Positions 10,645 to 20,528 of a stretch of DNA of 64,000 bases are shown in pieces. Made by a program: the position numbers and the translations under genes. Position 1 is the first letter of the stretch. Every line of letters begins with the position of its first letter. The DNA lies in assembly GCF_054482595.1 (NCBI RefSeq), contig NZ_CM137008.1, one strand, 5' to 3'. Below the pieces are notes generated by a model. The model worked only from the letters and a program-made list of their open reading frames with translations. It had not been told where the DNA came from and did not search any database.

Positions 10645-11018
10645 TGTTTCGCCTCCGGATGTTTCCCCTGGGTAATGTTATTTACCGTTCTGTAGTTATC
10701 GCGGGTCATCAGGCCGGTTGCCCTGCGAGCCCGGAGAATATCAATACTGTTTATTAACTGAGAGCGGGTACAGGCGCTGAATCCCGGCTGGTCGGTACGT
10801 ATCAGTGCGTATTTTTCAACGAGAAAGTTCACCGTATCACACAGTGAAATGCCAGCTTCAATATGCTGCTCAATCACACGTTCATCGGCGAACGGTGTGT
10901 CATTCAGTGTGAGGCCATAGTGCTGGTCCAGCAACCGGGACAGCAGTGTCTGCCAGATGGTGACGGGAGGCGGGCAGCGCGATGCCTCCCGTACATGCGT
11001 GTCGGGTAATGTTTTCAT
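10641..11018 (-). CDS. cbtA: CbtA/YeeV/YkfI/YpjF-family toxin
   Basis: 125 aa; sequence (MKTLPDTHVREASRCPPPVTIWQTLLSRLLDQHYGLTLNDTPFADE...) closely resembles CbtA as I recall it. Confidence 0.85.
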   Translation of the reverse strand: MKTLPDTHVREASRCPPPVTIWQTLLSRLLDQHYGLTLNDTPFADERVIEQHIEAGISLCDTVNFLVEKYALIRTDQPGFSACTRSQLINSIDILRARRATGLMTRDNYRTVNNITQGKHPEAKQ

Positions 11019-11107
11019 ACTGAAGATTTTCCTGATATGCAGAGATGAAAAATGGAAAAGTGGCGTGGTGAAAACACCAGGCCGGAGCAGAAGGTTATTC
11101 CGGAGAG

Positions 11108-11476
11108 TTAATTTTTCATTTCGGGTGTCGGATAAACAGCCAGATAAACGTAACCACAGGAGCCGAGGGTGTCGGCTTCACAGGTCAGCCCCTTCGCATA
11201 CAGTGTCACGGTATGCTGATGGCGGGGATTCAGTTCACCGCTGGTGAGCATGAGCTCCAGTTGTTTCATCAGCAGCGGAAAGGCCTGGTCCAGATGGTAC
11301 GCATCCGCGTCGCTGAACCGGCCTCTGATACCGGCGCGGTCGGCAAGGTAATGCAACTGATTGCCCTCCTGCACCAGACGGGCGCCGAAACAGGGCGTCA
11401 CGGTGCAGGGTAGTCCCCACCAGGGACGGTCATGATTGTCATCGGGATGCGTTGTCCCGGAGAGTGTGTCTGACAC
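11108..11476 (-). CDS. cbeA: CbeA/YeeU/YfjZ-family antitoxin
   Basis: GTG start at 11476 with GAGGA upstream gives 122 aa (VSDTLSGTTHPDDNHDRPWWGLPCTVTPCFGARLVQEG...), matching YeeU-type length and sequence. Confidence 0.85.
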   Translation of the reverse strand: MSDTLSGTTHPDDNHDRPWWGLPCTVTPCFGARLVQEGNQLHYLADRAGIRGRFSDADAYHLDQAFPLLMKQLELMLTSGELNPRHQHTVTLYAKGLTCEADTLGSCGYVYLAVYPTPEMKN

Positions 11477-11525
11477 GATAAAATCCTCACAGAAAATCGG
11501 TGAATGATAGTTTAACGATGACGGG

Positions 11526-12170
11526 TCAGCCGGCGCGCAGACCGGCTTCGGTGAAGGTGTATTCGTTGATGAGTAGGGCCTCATCCACAGCGGCGTCTGA
11601 GGTCAGCCAGTCGTACTCGTTTTCCAGTTGACGGTACAACCAGAAGGCCAGGCCGCGCAGGGCTTCGCTGACAGCGGCTTCCGCATCGGTTGTCATAGTC
11701 TGACCAGTCGGACTGTTCTGGGTGACGGTGATATCCATGCTGTACGGATGGCAGTAGCGTCCCCTGTGGTGGATTTCAGCCTGCAGTTGCCAGAAGTTAC
11801 GCTTTTGCACCGCCTGCAGGGCATCCGCGATACGATGAAGTTCATGCTCCTGTGGGGCATACTTCCGGATTCTTCTGACTGTCGCTGGCTGCCAGTGCCA
11901 GCGTCCTTCAAAACAGGCTCCGTCCCCCTGGCTGCAGAATCCGCTGAACCAGATGCTCGGCTCCTCCATAAACCTGCCGTTGCTGAGCCGGAAAACGCGC
12001 TGGCGGAGGTCAATTCCGAAAATGCCACAGACCTCCCTGAAGTCTTCATACACGTTTTCATACCAGTTGCTGTCAGCATGATGCTGACGGTACCCGTCGC
12101 GGGCTTTTTCCTGTGCGGTGGAGGATAGCTCATTCAGTGTATACACGGTGGTGGTGATAATTCTGTTCAT
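11526..12170 (-). CDS. Hypothetical protein (214 aa) between yeeT-like and cbeA-like genes
   Basis: Long ORF with protein-like composition (WFSGFCSQGDGACFEGRWHW); not recognised; atypical position for this module. Confidence 0.5.
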   Translation of the reverse strand: MNRIITTTVYTLNELSSTAQEKARDGYRQHHADSNWYENVYEDFREVCGIFGIDLRQRVFRLSNGRFMEEPSIWFSGFCSQGDGACFEGRWHWQPATVRRIRKYAPQEHELHRIADALQAVQKRNFWQLQAEIHHRGRYCHPYSMDITVTQNSPTGQTMTTDAEAAVSEALRGLAFWLYRQLENEYDWLTSDAAVDEALLINEYTFTEAGLRAG

Positions 12171-12188
12171 CAGAATTCCCTTCCTGGC

Positions 12189-12410
12189 TCAGTTCAGGGT
12201 GACGCTCATCAGCCGGACATACGGGCCAAAACTGTCCTTACGGCGTTCTGCAAACACGGCCAGTACACCGGGAATATCCTGCACTTCACGACCGGTATAC
12301 GCTTCAGTGCTGCCGTGCCAGCGGTATTTGCCGGTGCAGAACGGAAAAAGACGGGATGCAGGATGCTGTTGGTGAATACGCATGGCTTCACCACGGGTGA
12401 TGATTTTCAT
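12189..12410 (-). CDS. yeeT: YeeT-like DUF987 protein
   Basis: 73 aa (MKIITRGEAMRIHQQHPASRLFPFCTGKYRWHG...), near-identical to YeeT as recalled. Confidence 0.8.
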   Translation of the reverse strand: MKIITRGEAMRIHQQHPASRLFPFCTGKYRWHGSTEAYTGREVQDIPGVLAVFAERRKDSFGPYVRLMSVTLN

Positions 12411-12478
12411 AGTGGGATACCTCTGAAGACAGAAGATAAAAGTGAAAACAGGTGTGATGTGGTTGTGACGGTGACGGG

Positions 12479-12955
12479 TTAAAGCAGACCATGTTCGGCA
12501 AAGGAGAAAACCTGGCTGCCACCGACTATCAGATGGTCCGGCACCCGGATATCCACCAGGCCCAGTGCCTGTACCAGACGTTCCGTGATAAGGCGGTCTG
12601 CCTTGCTGGGTGTGACTTCACCGGACGGGTGATTGTGTGTCAGCACCACAGCAGCGGCATTGTGATACAGGGCGCGTTTAATCACTTCACGGGGATGGAC
12701 TTCCGTGCGGTTGATGGTGCCGGTGAAGAGGGTTTCACCGGCAATCAGCTGATTCTGGTTGTTCAGATACAGCACCCGGAACTCTTCACGCTCCAGTCCC
12801 GCCATGTTCAGAATCAGCCATTCTCGTGCCGCACGGGTGGAGGTGAAGGCCACGCCGGGTTCATGAAGATGGCGGTCCAGGGTTTTCAGGGCCCGTTGAA
12901 TGAGGCTGCGCTCGCCGGGCGTCATCTCTCCGGGCAGAAAGGAAAGCTGTTGCAT
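12479..12955 (-). CDS. yeeS: RadC-like JAB-domain protein (YeeS/YfjY/YkfG family)
   Basis: JAMM-type motif HNHPSGEVTPSKAD; preferred ATG at 12955 has GGAG upstream (ORF track begins at 12970). Confidence 0.85.
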   Translation of the reverse strand: MQQLSFLPGEMTPGERSLIQRALKTLDRHLHEPGVAFTSTRAAREWLILNMAGLEREEFRVLYLNNQNQLIAGETLFTGTINRTEVHPREVIKRALYHNAAAVVLTHNHPSGEVTPSKADRLITERLVQALGLVDIRVPDHLIVGGSQVFSFAEHGLL

Positions 12956-12970
12956 TGTACTTCTCTCCAT

Positions 12971-13456
12971 TCAGTCGATGATGCGCATAATGGCGCTGCA
13001 TTCCGGATGCTGCAGGGCGTAATCCCGTAGACGGTAATAATGAACCGTCATGGCATAATTCTCTGTACGACAGGCGTGATGGCTGTACGTCATCAGACAG
13101 GCGGCAATACCAGCAGCTTCCGGGCCCATTTCAGCGCGGTTACCATTCATGGCATTGAACAGCACCCAGGTTTCTCCATCATCTTCATCCGGTTCGGGCG
13201 CCATAAATGCGCCGCCGTTATTCAGGGTGTACAGATTCCAGATACCACCGCAGTAGTCTTCACACAGACGGTCCATCCAGCCGAAGACACGGGGCTCCAG
13301 GGTCACCCACTGTGGAATGAGGCCAAAGTGCTGCGGCCAGAAGCTGATACGTTGTTCATCAGGGACGGGAGTAGCAACCAGTTGGGGCTGGTTATTCCCT
13401 GGTGCAGTAGTTACGGAAACAGAAGGTGTGGTGGAGCTATGCGAAAAGGTTGTCAT
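12971..13456 (-). CDS. Antirestriction protein (YfjX/YafX, KlcA/ArdB-like)
   Basis: 161-aa ORF immediately upstream of the radC-like gene in the conserved CP4-type order; family from memory. Confidence 0.7.
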   Translation of the reverse strand: MTTFSHSSTTPSVSVTTAPGNNQPQLVATPVPDEQRISFWPQHFGLIPQWVTLEPRVFGWMDRLCEDYCGGIWNLYTLNNGGAFMAPEPDEDDGETWVLFNAMNGNRAEMGPEAAGIAACLMTYSHHACRTENYAMTVHYYRLRDYALQHPECSAIMRIID

Positions 13457-13547
13457 GAGATTATTCCTTATAAAAAGTAAATGAATGGAAGAATGCCTGA
13501 GGACTGGTACAGACGTGAGTCAGGGCTGCACTTTCAGGGAAACAGCA

Positions 13548-14366
13548 TCAGCGCATGCTCTCCAGCAGCGTTTCTGCCATCACCCACAATGCGCGATTGA
13601 GCTTAATGTCCGTGTCGATGCTGTGAATGGCCCGGGTGTGGATACGTTTTCCTTTAGCGCTGCGACCGGAAATCCCGCCTTTCAGCATATTCTCCTGGAT
13701 GGTCTGATAAGCACTCCACAGGTCCTTACCGTAATCCTCCCGGCGTCGTGGCGTCAGAATGTCGGCGGTGGTGACGGGCTGATGTTCGTCACCATAACGG
13801 TAAGTCAGTGCCGCCTGTGCCAGCGCCTGACGTGCCGGTGGCGGCAGAATCAGCGACTGCATGGCATCACGCTTTTCCTCAATCCGGTCAAACACGCCCA
13901 CCACCTCGTAAGCCCCTTCGATAACTTTCTCCACTACATTTCCCCGGTGTGGAACACGCACTTCCCCCAGAGACTGACCACAGACGCAGCCGTTCTGGCA
14001 GACGAATCTGAAGTAACCCGGTAGCATCTGGTAGCTGGAGGTACCGTCATGGGAGTTGAGCAGAATAATTTCAGGGACATGTTGTCCGGTTATCTCCCCG
14101 TCACGCCGCAGACGCAGCATGTGTTTGGTGTATTCCCGGCGGCTCTGGTCGCGCACGCGGGTCTGGCAGGCAAAGAACGGCTGAAAGCCTTCCTGCTGCA
14201 GATTTTCCAGGACGGTGATAGTGGGAATGTACGCATAGTGTTCACTTCGGGAGGTATGTCGGTTTTCCCCAAAAATACTCGGTACATGGCGCATCAGTTC
14301 TTCGTGTGTCAGCGGACGGTCACGGCGTATCTGATTTACATGACCAAAACGACTGGCTAATTGCAT
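13548..14366 (-). CDS. DUF932-family protein (YafZ/YfjQ-like)
   Basis: 272-aa ORF at the position and size of YafZ/YfjQ in CP4-type modules. Confidence 0.7.
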   Translation of the reverse strand: MQLASRFGHVNQIRRDRPLTHEELMRHVPSIFGENRHTSRSEHYAYIPTITVLENLQQEGFQPFFACQTRVRDQSRREYTKHMLRLRRDGEITGQHVPEIILLNSHDGTSSYQMLPGYFRFVCQNGCVCGQSLGEVRVPHRGNVVEKVIEGAYEVVGVFDRIEEKRDAMQSLILPPPARQALAQAALTYRYGDEHQPVTTADILTPRRREDYGKDLWSAYQTIQENMLKGGISGRSAKGKRIHTRAIHSIDTDIKLNRALWVMAETLLESMR

Positions 14367-14455
14367 ACTTTGCTCCTTATGAATGAGTTAGCGGTATAAA
14401 TGAAAAGGCCGCGTCTCCCGGAGAAGACGCGGCCTGATGGATGAAATGAAGACGT

Positions 14456-14725
14456 TTATTGCCTGAGAATTCCCTCGCTGGCGAGATACGGGTTTAGCTG
14501 TTTTCCGGCATCAGGTTCAAAATTCCAGCAGCGCCAGCGTAGCTGGCCTTCAGCGTTGCGGATCACCAGCCGGAAATGCGTTCCCTGGTCATCTTCAATA
14601 AGCACATTAAGGTAAGCCGTTGTGACGGCAAGAGCCTGGTTGCGTGAGAAAGGGCCTTCGGGCAATAAACGTGATGTACAACCTGGCATATCTGTTGCTC
14701 CCTGTAAGTAAAAGGCCCCGGTCAT
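14456..14725 (-). CDS. Small hypothetical protein (89 aa) between antigen 43 and the DUF932 gene
   Basis: ORF with protein-like composition; not recognised. Confidence 0.4.
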   Translation of the reverse strand: MTGAFYLQGATDMPGCTSRLLPEGPFSRNQALAVTTAYLNVLIEDDQGTHFRLVIRNAEGQLRWRCWNFEPDAGKQLNPYLASEGILRQ

Positions 14726-14759
14726 GATGACCGGGGCCTGAAGGGGAGTGACCTGATTA

Positions 14760-17606
14760 TCAGAAAGTCACATTCAGTGTGGCCTGACCGTTATAACCTT
14801 CAGCGCTGCTGCCGCTGACACTGTGGGCATAACCGGCCTGAACGCCCAGGGTGATATTTTCCCGGACACGGGCTTCCAGTCCGGCCTGCAGGTCCAGTGT
14901 CGTGCCATTCCGGGACGGTGAGAACGTCATGTTACTGCCGGCTGCGGCTGTACCCATGCTCATGTCCCCCCGGGAGCTGAAGGTGCGGATAACAGAAGGC
15001 TGTACCCACCAGTTCACCTGCAGTTCACGCACACTGTGTTTGGCACTGTCGCGCAGGGTGTCACGGGATGAGGTGCCTTTACCAAAGTTCATATCGTTGT
15101 GGCTGCCCAGACGGAAGCCGGCACGCACATGTTGTGCACTGCCATGCCCGAACTTCACATAACCGGCGTTATCCTGGCCGTCATCCAGGGAGAGTCCCTG
15201 CCAGGTGTACTGCAGTTGCGGCTCCAGCATCAGATTGTCAGTGATACTGAAGGGCAGACCGGTTTCCAGTGAGCCCAGCCAGCCCCAGCCCCGGGCGCGG
15301 AAGTCGTTATTGTCCGATGACGCTTTCATGCTGTGGCGGGTTCCCTGTGCCACAATGTCAGCCCACAGGCCGGAGGACGTGTGTGTCAGATTCAGGTATC
15401 CGCCCAGGCTGCCGGCATCATCCCGGACCGTGCCGGCGCGGGAACCGTCATCATCCTTAACATCAACGGAAGAATGGCCTGCAGCACCATATACCCCTGT
15501 CGTCAGAGACATACCGGCAACCTCTGTTCTCAGCAGGTCACCCTCCAGACGGACGAAGCCATAGCTGCCGCTGCTTTCCGGCGTGGCTCCACGGGCAATA
15601 CCGCCGTTGTTATCGTGACCGAGATGACCGCCCTGAATGCTGAGACGGACGCTGTTATTTTCACCGTTTACACCGGTCTGATGGCTGCGGGAGCCTGCCA
15701 GAATCCGGTCATAGTCCATTGCCTGTGTCAACATGGATGTATACAGGGGGACTTCAGCACGATAAGCATTTTCACTGCGCAGGTACCAGTCTTCATCGCT
15801 GTCACGGTTCAGGGTGTAGTTAAAGGCGCCGGCCTGAAGCGGGCGACTCAGAGCAAATGCACCTTCTTCTGTGGTGGCACCATTCTGTGCATCCACAACC
15901 CGGATACCCTGTCCGGAGGTTGCCACCCCGAGGTTACTGTTTCCGACATTTGTAAACGCAAGCCAGGTTTTGCCGGTTGCCTGACCACCATTAATCACCA
16001 GCTGGTCAGAGGCATTGCTGCCATCAAGGCGAACACGCATATTGATGGTGCCACCCTGACCGGTGAGGTTACTGGTGGTCAGTTTATGGAACGTTACCGG
16101 GGCGTCGCCTTTTGCAACAGCACGGCTCAGGACGGCATCCTGTGTCGTCTGATTATCAAAGCGAATCTCCCCTGCGTTAACAATATCGCCGGTACTGACC
16201 ACATCACCATTCAGTACCATGCTGGCGCCTTTACTGAGCTGTGTTCTGCCACTCAGACTTCCCCCGGCAGCCAGCGTCAGTGTTCCACGATGTCCGACAG
16301 TGGTGTTGCCAGCCTGTCCCCCGGCATTAACCGTAAAGCTGCCGCCATTTTCCAGCAGCAGGCCGCTGGCCTGACCGGATATGCCATCAATACTGAACTT
16401 ACCGCTGGCATTGGTCCCCTCAACAGTGGCACCACTGTCTGCAATCAGGGCACCACCGGATGTCATGGTGACACCTGTCGCCTTACCACCGGCAGACACT
16501 GCCAGGGTACCGCCGTCATCCACCCGTGTTTTCTGCGCTGAATGACCCTCCAGTACATCCAGACGACCGCCGGACTCCAGAACAACACCGTCAGCCTTAC
16601 CGTTTTCCACCGCGAAATTGCCCAGACGGTTGCTGCCGGTGACGGTTGCCGCCGTACTGGTGACCAGTGCGCCTCCCTGCTTCAGGGTGACATTCGTGGC
16701 TGTACCACCGGCGTTCACCTGCAGTTTGCCTTTCTGGTTAACGGTGGTGAAATCCGCCAGACCACCTTCCTTGATAATCTGCCAGCCGTCACTGTTCACA
16801 ACAGTGTCAGACGTTGTACCTCCGTTGTGCACATACTGGTACCCCCCATTCAGCGTGGTATCCAGTGCGTGACCATGTACCGTCTGGTCGCCGCCGGCAT
16901 AAACCACCGTGGTGTTTGCCACTCCGGTGGCTACCACAATCTGACGACCATTTTTATTGATGGTGGTACGTACGGCATCTCCGCGAACAAACTGTCCGGT
17001 ATCAGCATTTTCCGCATCCGGTCCTCCTTCTGCGCCGGTATTCACAACCGTGTCGGTTGCCATTGCGCCGGATTTGACGGCCTGCCAGCCCTTCTCATTA
17101 ATGACGGTACCCGTTGCAATCCCGCCTTCATGTACCCACTGCTCACCGCCGTTCAGAGTGGTGTTCACTGCCTGCCCCTGAAGGCTCTGTCCTCCTCCGG
17201 CACTGATAACCGTGTCTGAAACGCTTCCTCCGGCATTCACTCTCTGAAGACCACCACCGGTGACAGTAGTGTTGTTGGCGATACCGCCATTTTGTATCCA
17301 TTGTCCGCCGGTATTGGCCTCGTTATCCGGCCCATACTCCAGCCCGGTACTGATGGTCATTCCGTTGGCCGTACCGAGGACAATCTGGTTGTCATGATTT
17401 GTCAGTGTTCCGTCGTTCACGGTTTCTCCCGCCTGTACAACCGTGTCAGCAGCCAGTGCCGGGACTGATGTGACAGCAGCAAGAGACAGTGCAACCGCCA
17501 CACCGGCGCGTTTTCCCCGTGAGCGGGCCAGTTCGGAGGCCACCACCAGGGTGCCCGTAATGTGATTCCATACCAGCCTGTAGCTGGTGTTCAGATGTCG
17601 TTTCAT
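14760..17606 (-). CDS. flu: Antigen 43 (Ag43) self-associating autotransporter adhesin
   Basis: Start at ATG 17606 ([28 protein letters not shown]...); repetitive passenger domain and C-terminal beta-barrel ending ...GQATLNVTF. Confidence 0.92.
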   Translation of the reverse strand: MKRHLNTSYRLVWNHITGTLVVASELARSRGKRAGVAVALSLAAVTSVPALAADTVVQAGETVNDGTLTNHDNQIVLGTANGMTISTGLEYGPDNEANTGGQWIQNGGIANNTTVTGGGLQRVNAGGSVSDTVISAGGGQSLQGQAVNTTLNGGEQWVHEGGIATGTVINEKGWQAVKSGAMATDTVVNTGAEGGPDAENADTGQFVRGDAVRTTINKNGRQIVVATGVANTTVVYAGGDQTVHGHALDTTLNGGYQYVHNGGTTSDTVVNSDGWQIIKEGGLADFTTVNQKGKLQVNAGGTATNVTLKQGGALVTSTAATVTGSNRLGNFAVENGKADGVVLESGGRLDVLEGHSAQKTRVDDGGTLAVSAGGKATGVTMTSGGALIADSGATVEGTNASGKFSIDGISGQASGLLLENGGSFTVNAGGQAGNTTVGHRGTLTLAAGGSLSGRTQLSKGASMVLNGDVVSTGDIVNAGEIRFDNQTTQDAVLSRAVAKGDAPVTFHKLTTSNLTGQGGTINMRVRLDGSNASDQLVINGGQATGKTWLAFTNVGNSNLGVATSGQGIRVVDAQNGATTEEGAFALSRPLQAGAFNYTLNRDSDEDWYLRSENAYRAEVPLYTSMLTQAMDYDRILAGSRSHQTGVNGENNSVRLSIQGGHLGHDNNGGIARGATPESSGSYGFVRLEGDLLRTEVAGMSLTTGVYGAAGHSSVDVKDDDGSRAGTVRDDAGSLGGYLNLTHTSSGLWADIVAQGTRHSMKASSDNNDFRARGWGWLGSLETGLPFSITDNLMLEPQLQYTWQGLSLDDGQDNAGYVKFGHGSAQHVRAGFRLGSHNDMNFGKGTSSRDTLRDSAKHSVRELQVNWWVQPSVIRTFSSRGDMSMGTAAAGSNMTFSPSRNGTTLDLQAGLEARVRENITLGVQAGYAHSVSGSSAEGYNGQATLNVTF

Positions 17607-17823
17607 CAGCTTTTCCTTACAGAGGGTGAATAAAAAAGCCGGTACCCACAAATGTGGATACCGGCAGGTACAAAACAGCATGGTCAGATAAAGTGGTTTT
17701 TCCCGGGCATAAATGCTTCCCTTCTCTCATCCGCCAGAGAAGTATCAGTCCGTTGTGTGCAATTCCGTTCTGCATGATGAAGAGATTCAGCTGCCTTTTC
17801 GCAGACCATTAACCACTATAAAC

Positions 17824-17859
17824 GATCGATAGTAACGATCGATACCTGTTTTATCGATC
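17824..17859. promoter_or_regulatory. Three clustered GATC sites upstream of the Ag43 gene (candidate Dam/OxyR phase-variation switch)
   Basis: GATC at 17824-17827, 17837-17840 and 17856-17859, about 220-250 bp upstream of the Ag43 start. Confidence 0.7.
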
Positions 17860-17977
17860 GTTTTATTCTATTAACGACAAGGCGGTCACGCAAGAGAAAC
17901 AGGAGGAGTATGAGGGGTTTGTGTCATGTTTTCAGTTGGTTAACGTAATGTTATCAGGCATTTCCCTGGCAGACTGT

Positions 17978-18850
17978 TCAGAAGAAAATCCAGTTCCATA
18001 CAGCGCGGGCAACAGAGACCACCGTGTCACGGACGGCACGCAGAACCGTGCGTGCAACAGAGGCAATACAGACGCTCTCCGCTGTGTCAAATATCCGGTC
18101 CACCGCACCGGTAAACTGTTCACGGGCCTGAGACCGGACAGATTCCGTGCGCAGCTCGTCCTGCAGGCGGGTCATCAGGGGACTGGCGGCATGGTCGGGA
18201 AGCGCTGTCATGAGCGCACTGACCAGCGTATCCAGTTCCCAGCCGGTGCGGGCCGATACGGCCACAACCGGATGTACGGGCCGGAACAGACGGAATACCG
18301 CCTCCGTTTTTTCGCGAATATTCTGTGCCTGTGCGGGAGAAGGCTGAATGCCGGCCATATCCCATTCATGGCAGGGCTCCGTTTTGTCGGCCTGCGTCAC
18401 CACAAACAGCACCTGCTGATGTCCCCGGTGCAGGATGTGTCGCCAGAAATACTCATCCACAGACAGGGCACGGTCATCGGCTTTAATCAGCCACAGTACC
18501 AGGTCAAGTTCAGGCAGAATGTCACGGTACAGGGCTTCATACTCTGCATCCCTGTCCCGGCTCTCGCCCACCCCGGGCAGGTCAGTGATAATCATACTGT
18601 GACCGTGGCCACTCAGACGGAAGCGCCGCACTTCCCGGGTGCCGGCGTGAACATCACTGACCGGGGTGACCTCCCCCTGAAACAGTGCATTACAGAGTGA
18701 GGATTTACCGGCCCCGCTTTTCCCCATAATGCCAATCACGGGTTCGTGACTGGTGAGTTTGCGCAGATGTTCCAGGATGTGACGGGAAAGTGAGTAAGGC
18801 AGGGAGGAGAGCGGTTTTTCAATTGCCTCAATGGCATCAGACGGATTCAT
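17978..18850 (-). CDS. yeeP: YeeP/YkfA/YfjP-family GTPase
   Basis: P-loop GKSGAGKSSL and DLPG motif; preferred ATG at 18850 (ORF track begins at 18913). Confidence 0.8.
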   Translation of the reverse strand: MNPSDAIEAIEKPLSSLPYSLSRHILEHLRKLTSHEPVIGIMGKSGAGKSSLCNALFQGEVTPVSDVHAGTREVRRFRLSGHGHSMIITDLPGVGESRDRDAEYEALYRDILPELDLVLWLIKADDRALSVDEYFWRHILHRGHQQVLFVVTQADKTEPCHEWDMAGIQPSPAQAQNIREKTEAVFRLFRPVHPVVAVSARTGWELDTLVSALMTALPDHAASPLMTRLQDELRTESVRSQAREQFTGAVDRIFDTAESVCIASVARTVLRAVRDTVVSVARAVWNWIFF

Positions 18851-19204
18851 ACATGTATTCCCGGTGAAAAAAGACAAAACCCCCGCACACCGGAAAGGTG
18901 GCGGGGGACTCACGGAGATAATATATGTCTGAAATTATTTGGAATGCAGGTATATGTGGCTGATACAGGTCTGAATCTAATCTGACAGTCCGCTCTGTGC
19001 CAGTAGCGGACGTTACTAACATAATTCAAGAAGATTAAAGTATTCCGGAAACGATTTTGTTAGAATGTTTTAATTATGTAACCAAGATACATTTTCTTAT
19101 GAGAGTATATGCGAGTTTTTATCTTATAATCAGAAGATTACAATCTGAACTTGTGATAGTAAAGTTACATAATTAATTATGTTAACATTGAAAAAATCAT
19201 AGGA

Positions 19205-19945
19205 ATGCTAGTGATAAAGCCTGAAATTACATCTCTATTCAAATACTGCCCTATCGGTAAGAATCAATTAAGTGCTCTTGCACAGCGGAAAATCTGGTAC
19301 TCAAAACCGGCAGGATTTAACGATCCTTTTGACACCCAATTTTATGTGAGAGGACAAAGGCATGTGTACGAACGGGAAATGGACTCTGAAAAATTATCAG
19401 CCATTTTTGGTGAAGATATGTCAGATGTAATGGTTTCCAAAAAACGTTCTCTTGATGAACTTTTGGACAGATTTAAAAGCGGTTTAGAAAAGTTAGGTAT
19501 TCTTTCACTAGCAAGCAGTAACAAAAATTTGCTGATGTGGTCGCATTATGCTTCTGAACATAAAGGTATGTGCTTAGAGTTTAAACGCATCGCCGGCACA
19601 GCCTTAGCAGATGATAAAATAACTAGGCCGATGAATTACAATGATAATTATCCATCGATACAGGCAAGTTCAATTTTAAATGAAGTCGATACATTATCTA
19701 ATAAAATTAGAATATTACATACAAAATCTAAACATTGGGAATACGAGCAGGAGTGGAGGCATGTAGTTGAGCAAGGTAATGAGTTACATCCTTGGCCCGC
19801 AGAATTAATTTCTGTTTATTTCGGCTGCAAGACAGATATGTCAGATATACATTTGGTAAGAAGTATAATTACGGACCCAAATGTTAATTACTATAAAGGA
19901 AATTTGTACAGTGATAAATTTGACATTTATTTTCAACCGATATAA
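19205..19945 (+). CDS. DUF2971-like protein (MWSHYA motif); function unknown
   Basis: 246-aa ORF in a visibly AT-rich segment; contains LLMWSHYASEHKG; family assignment from memory. Confidence 0.55.
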   Translation: MLVIKPEITSLFKYCPIGKNQLSALAQRKIWYSKPAGFNDPFDTQFYVRGQRHVYEREMDSEKLSAIFGEDMSDVMVSKKRSLDELLDRFKSGLEKLGILSLASSNKNLLMWSHYASEHKGMCLEFKRIAGTALADDKITRPMNYNDNYPSIQASSILNEVDTLSNKIRILHTKSKHWEYEQEWRHVVEQGNELHPWPAELISVYFGCKTDMSDIHLVRSIITDPNVNYYKGNLYSDKFDIYFQPI

Positions 19946-20090
19946 TTACGTAAAAACATATATACATTAACTAATGTTAAGTATTGTAAATACATCACGA
20001 TCGATTGAATGTCTGCTGTTCGCTCGCAGCGGACCTTCAGTTCATGTAACTTTTCCGCTTCGTACCAAAAGCGGACGTCAAAATGTATGT

Positions 20091-20438
20091 TCAGCTAGCG
20101 TAAGTTGAGCGTTTCATAATGATGTCTCTCTGCGGGTCTGACCCAACCTGACAAATATGCTCTCCAACCTCGGTAAACCCAAGCTTACGATAAAAAGAGA
20201 TTGCCCTTGGGTTATATTCCCAGACACCTAACCAGACAGGATCCGATCCCTTTGCCTCAAATTCAGCAAAGCACTTTTGCATCAGTGCTTGCGCAAATCC
20301 TTTACCATGGTAGGGCTCATCGACATACAGGCACAGAATTTCTCTGGCATAGATGCTATTGACACAGGGAGGAAACTCTTCCCACCTTAGTTGAGCGTCA
20401 ATTTGTGGCGAAAACCCATGAGTTAGAAATTCAATCAA
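20091..20438 (-). pseudogene. GNAT-family N-acetyltransferase fragment (N-terminally truncated)
   Basis: 115 aa with GNAT-like C-terminal core (YHGKGFAQALMQ...FYRKLGFTEVG) but too short for a full GNAT domain. Confidence 0.5.
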
Positions 20439-20528
20439 TTACAGGAAGGAAAAGTAAAGGAGGGGGTGGCTCTCTTTAGGAGAGCCATGAGTGGAAATGG
20501 ATATTAGAAGAAAGGAGTTGTTTCCACA

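Noticed and set aside
15333-17219. Long plus-strand ORFs (402 aa and 225 aa) across the Ag43 locus
   Set aside because: They are antisense to the well-supported Ag43 gene; the repetitive Gly/Thr/Val-rich passenger region generates stop-free antisense frames, and they have low-complexity composition with no RBS context.
17921-18700. 259-aa plus-strand ORF overlapping the yeeP-like GTPase gene
   Set aside because: Antisense to a gene with clear P-loop motifs; no independent support.
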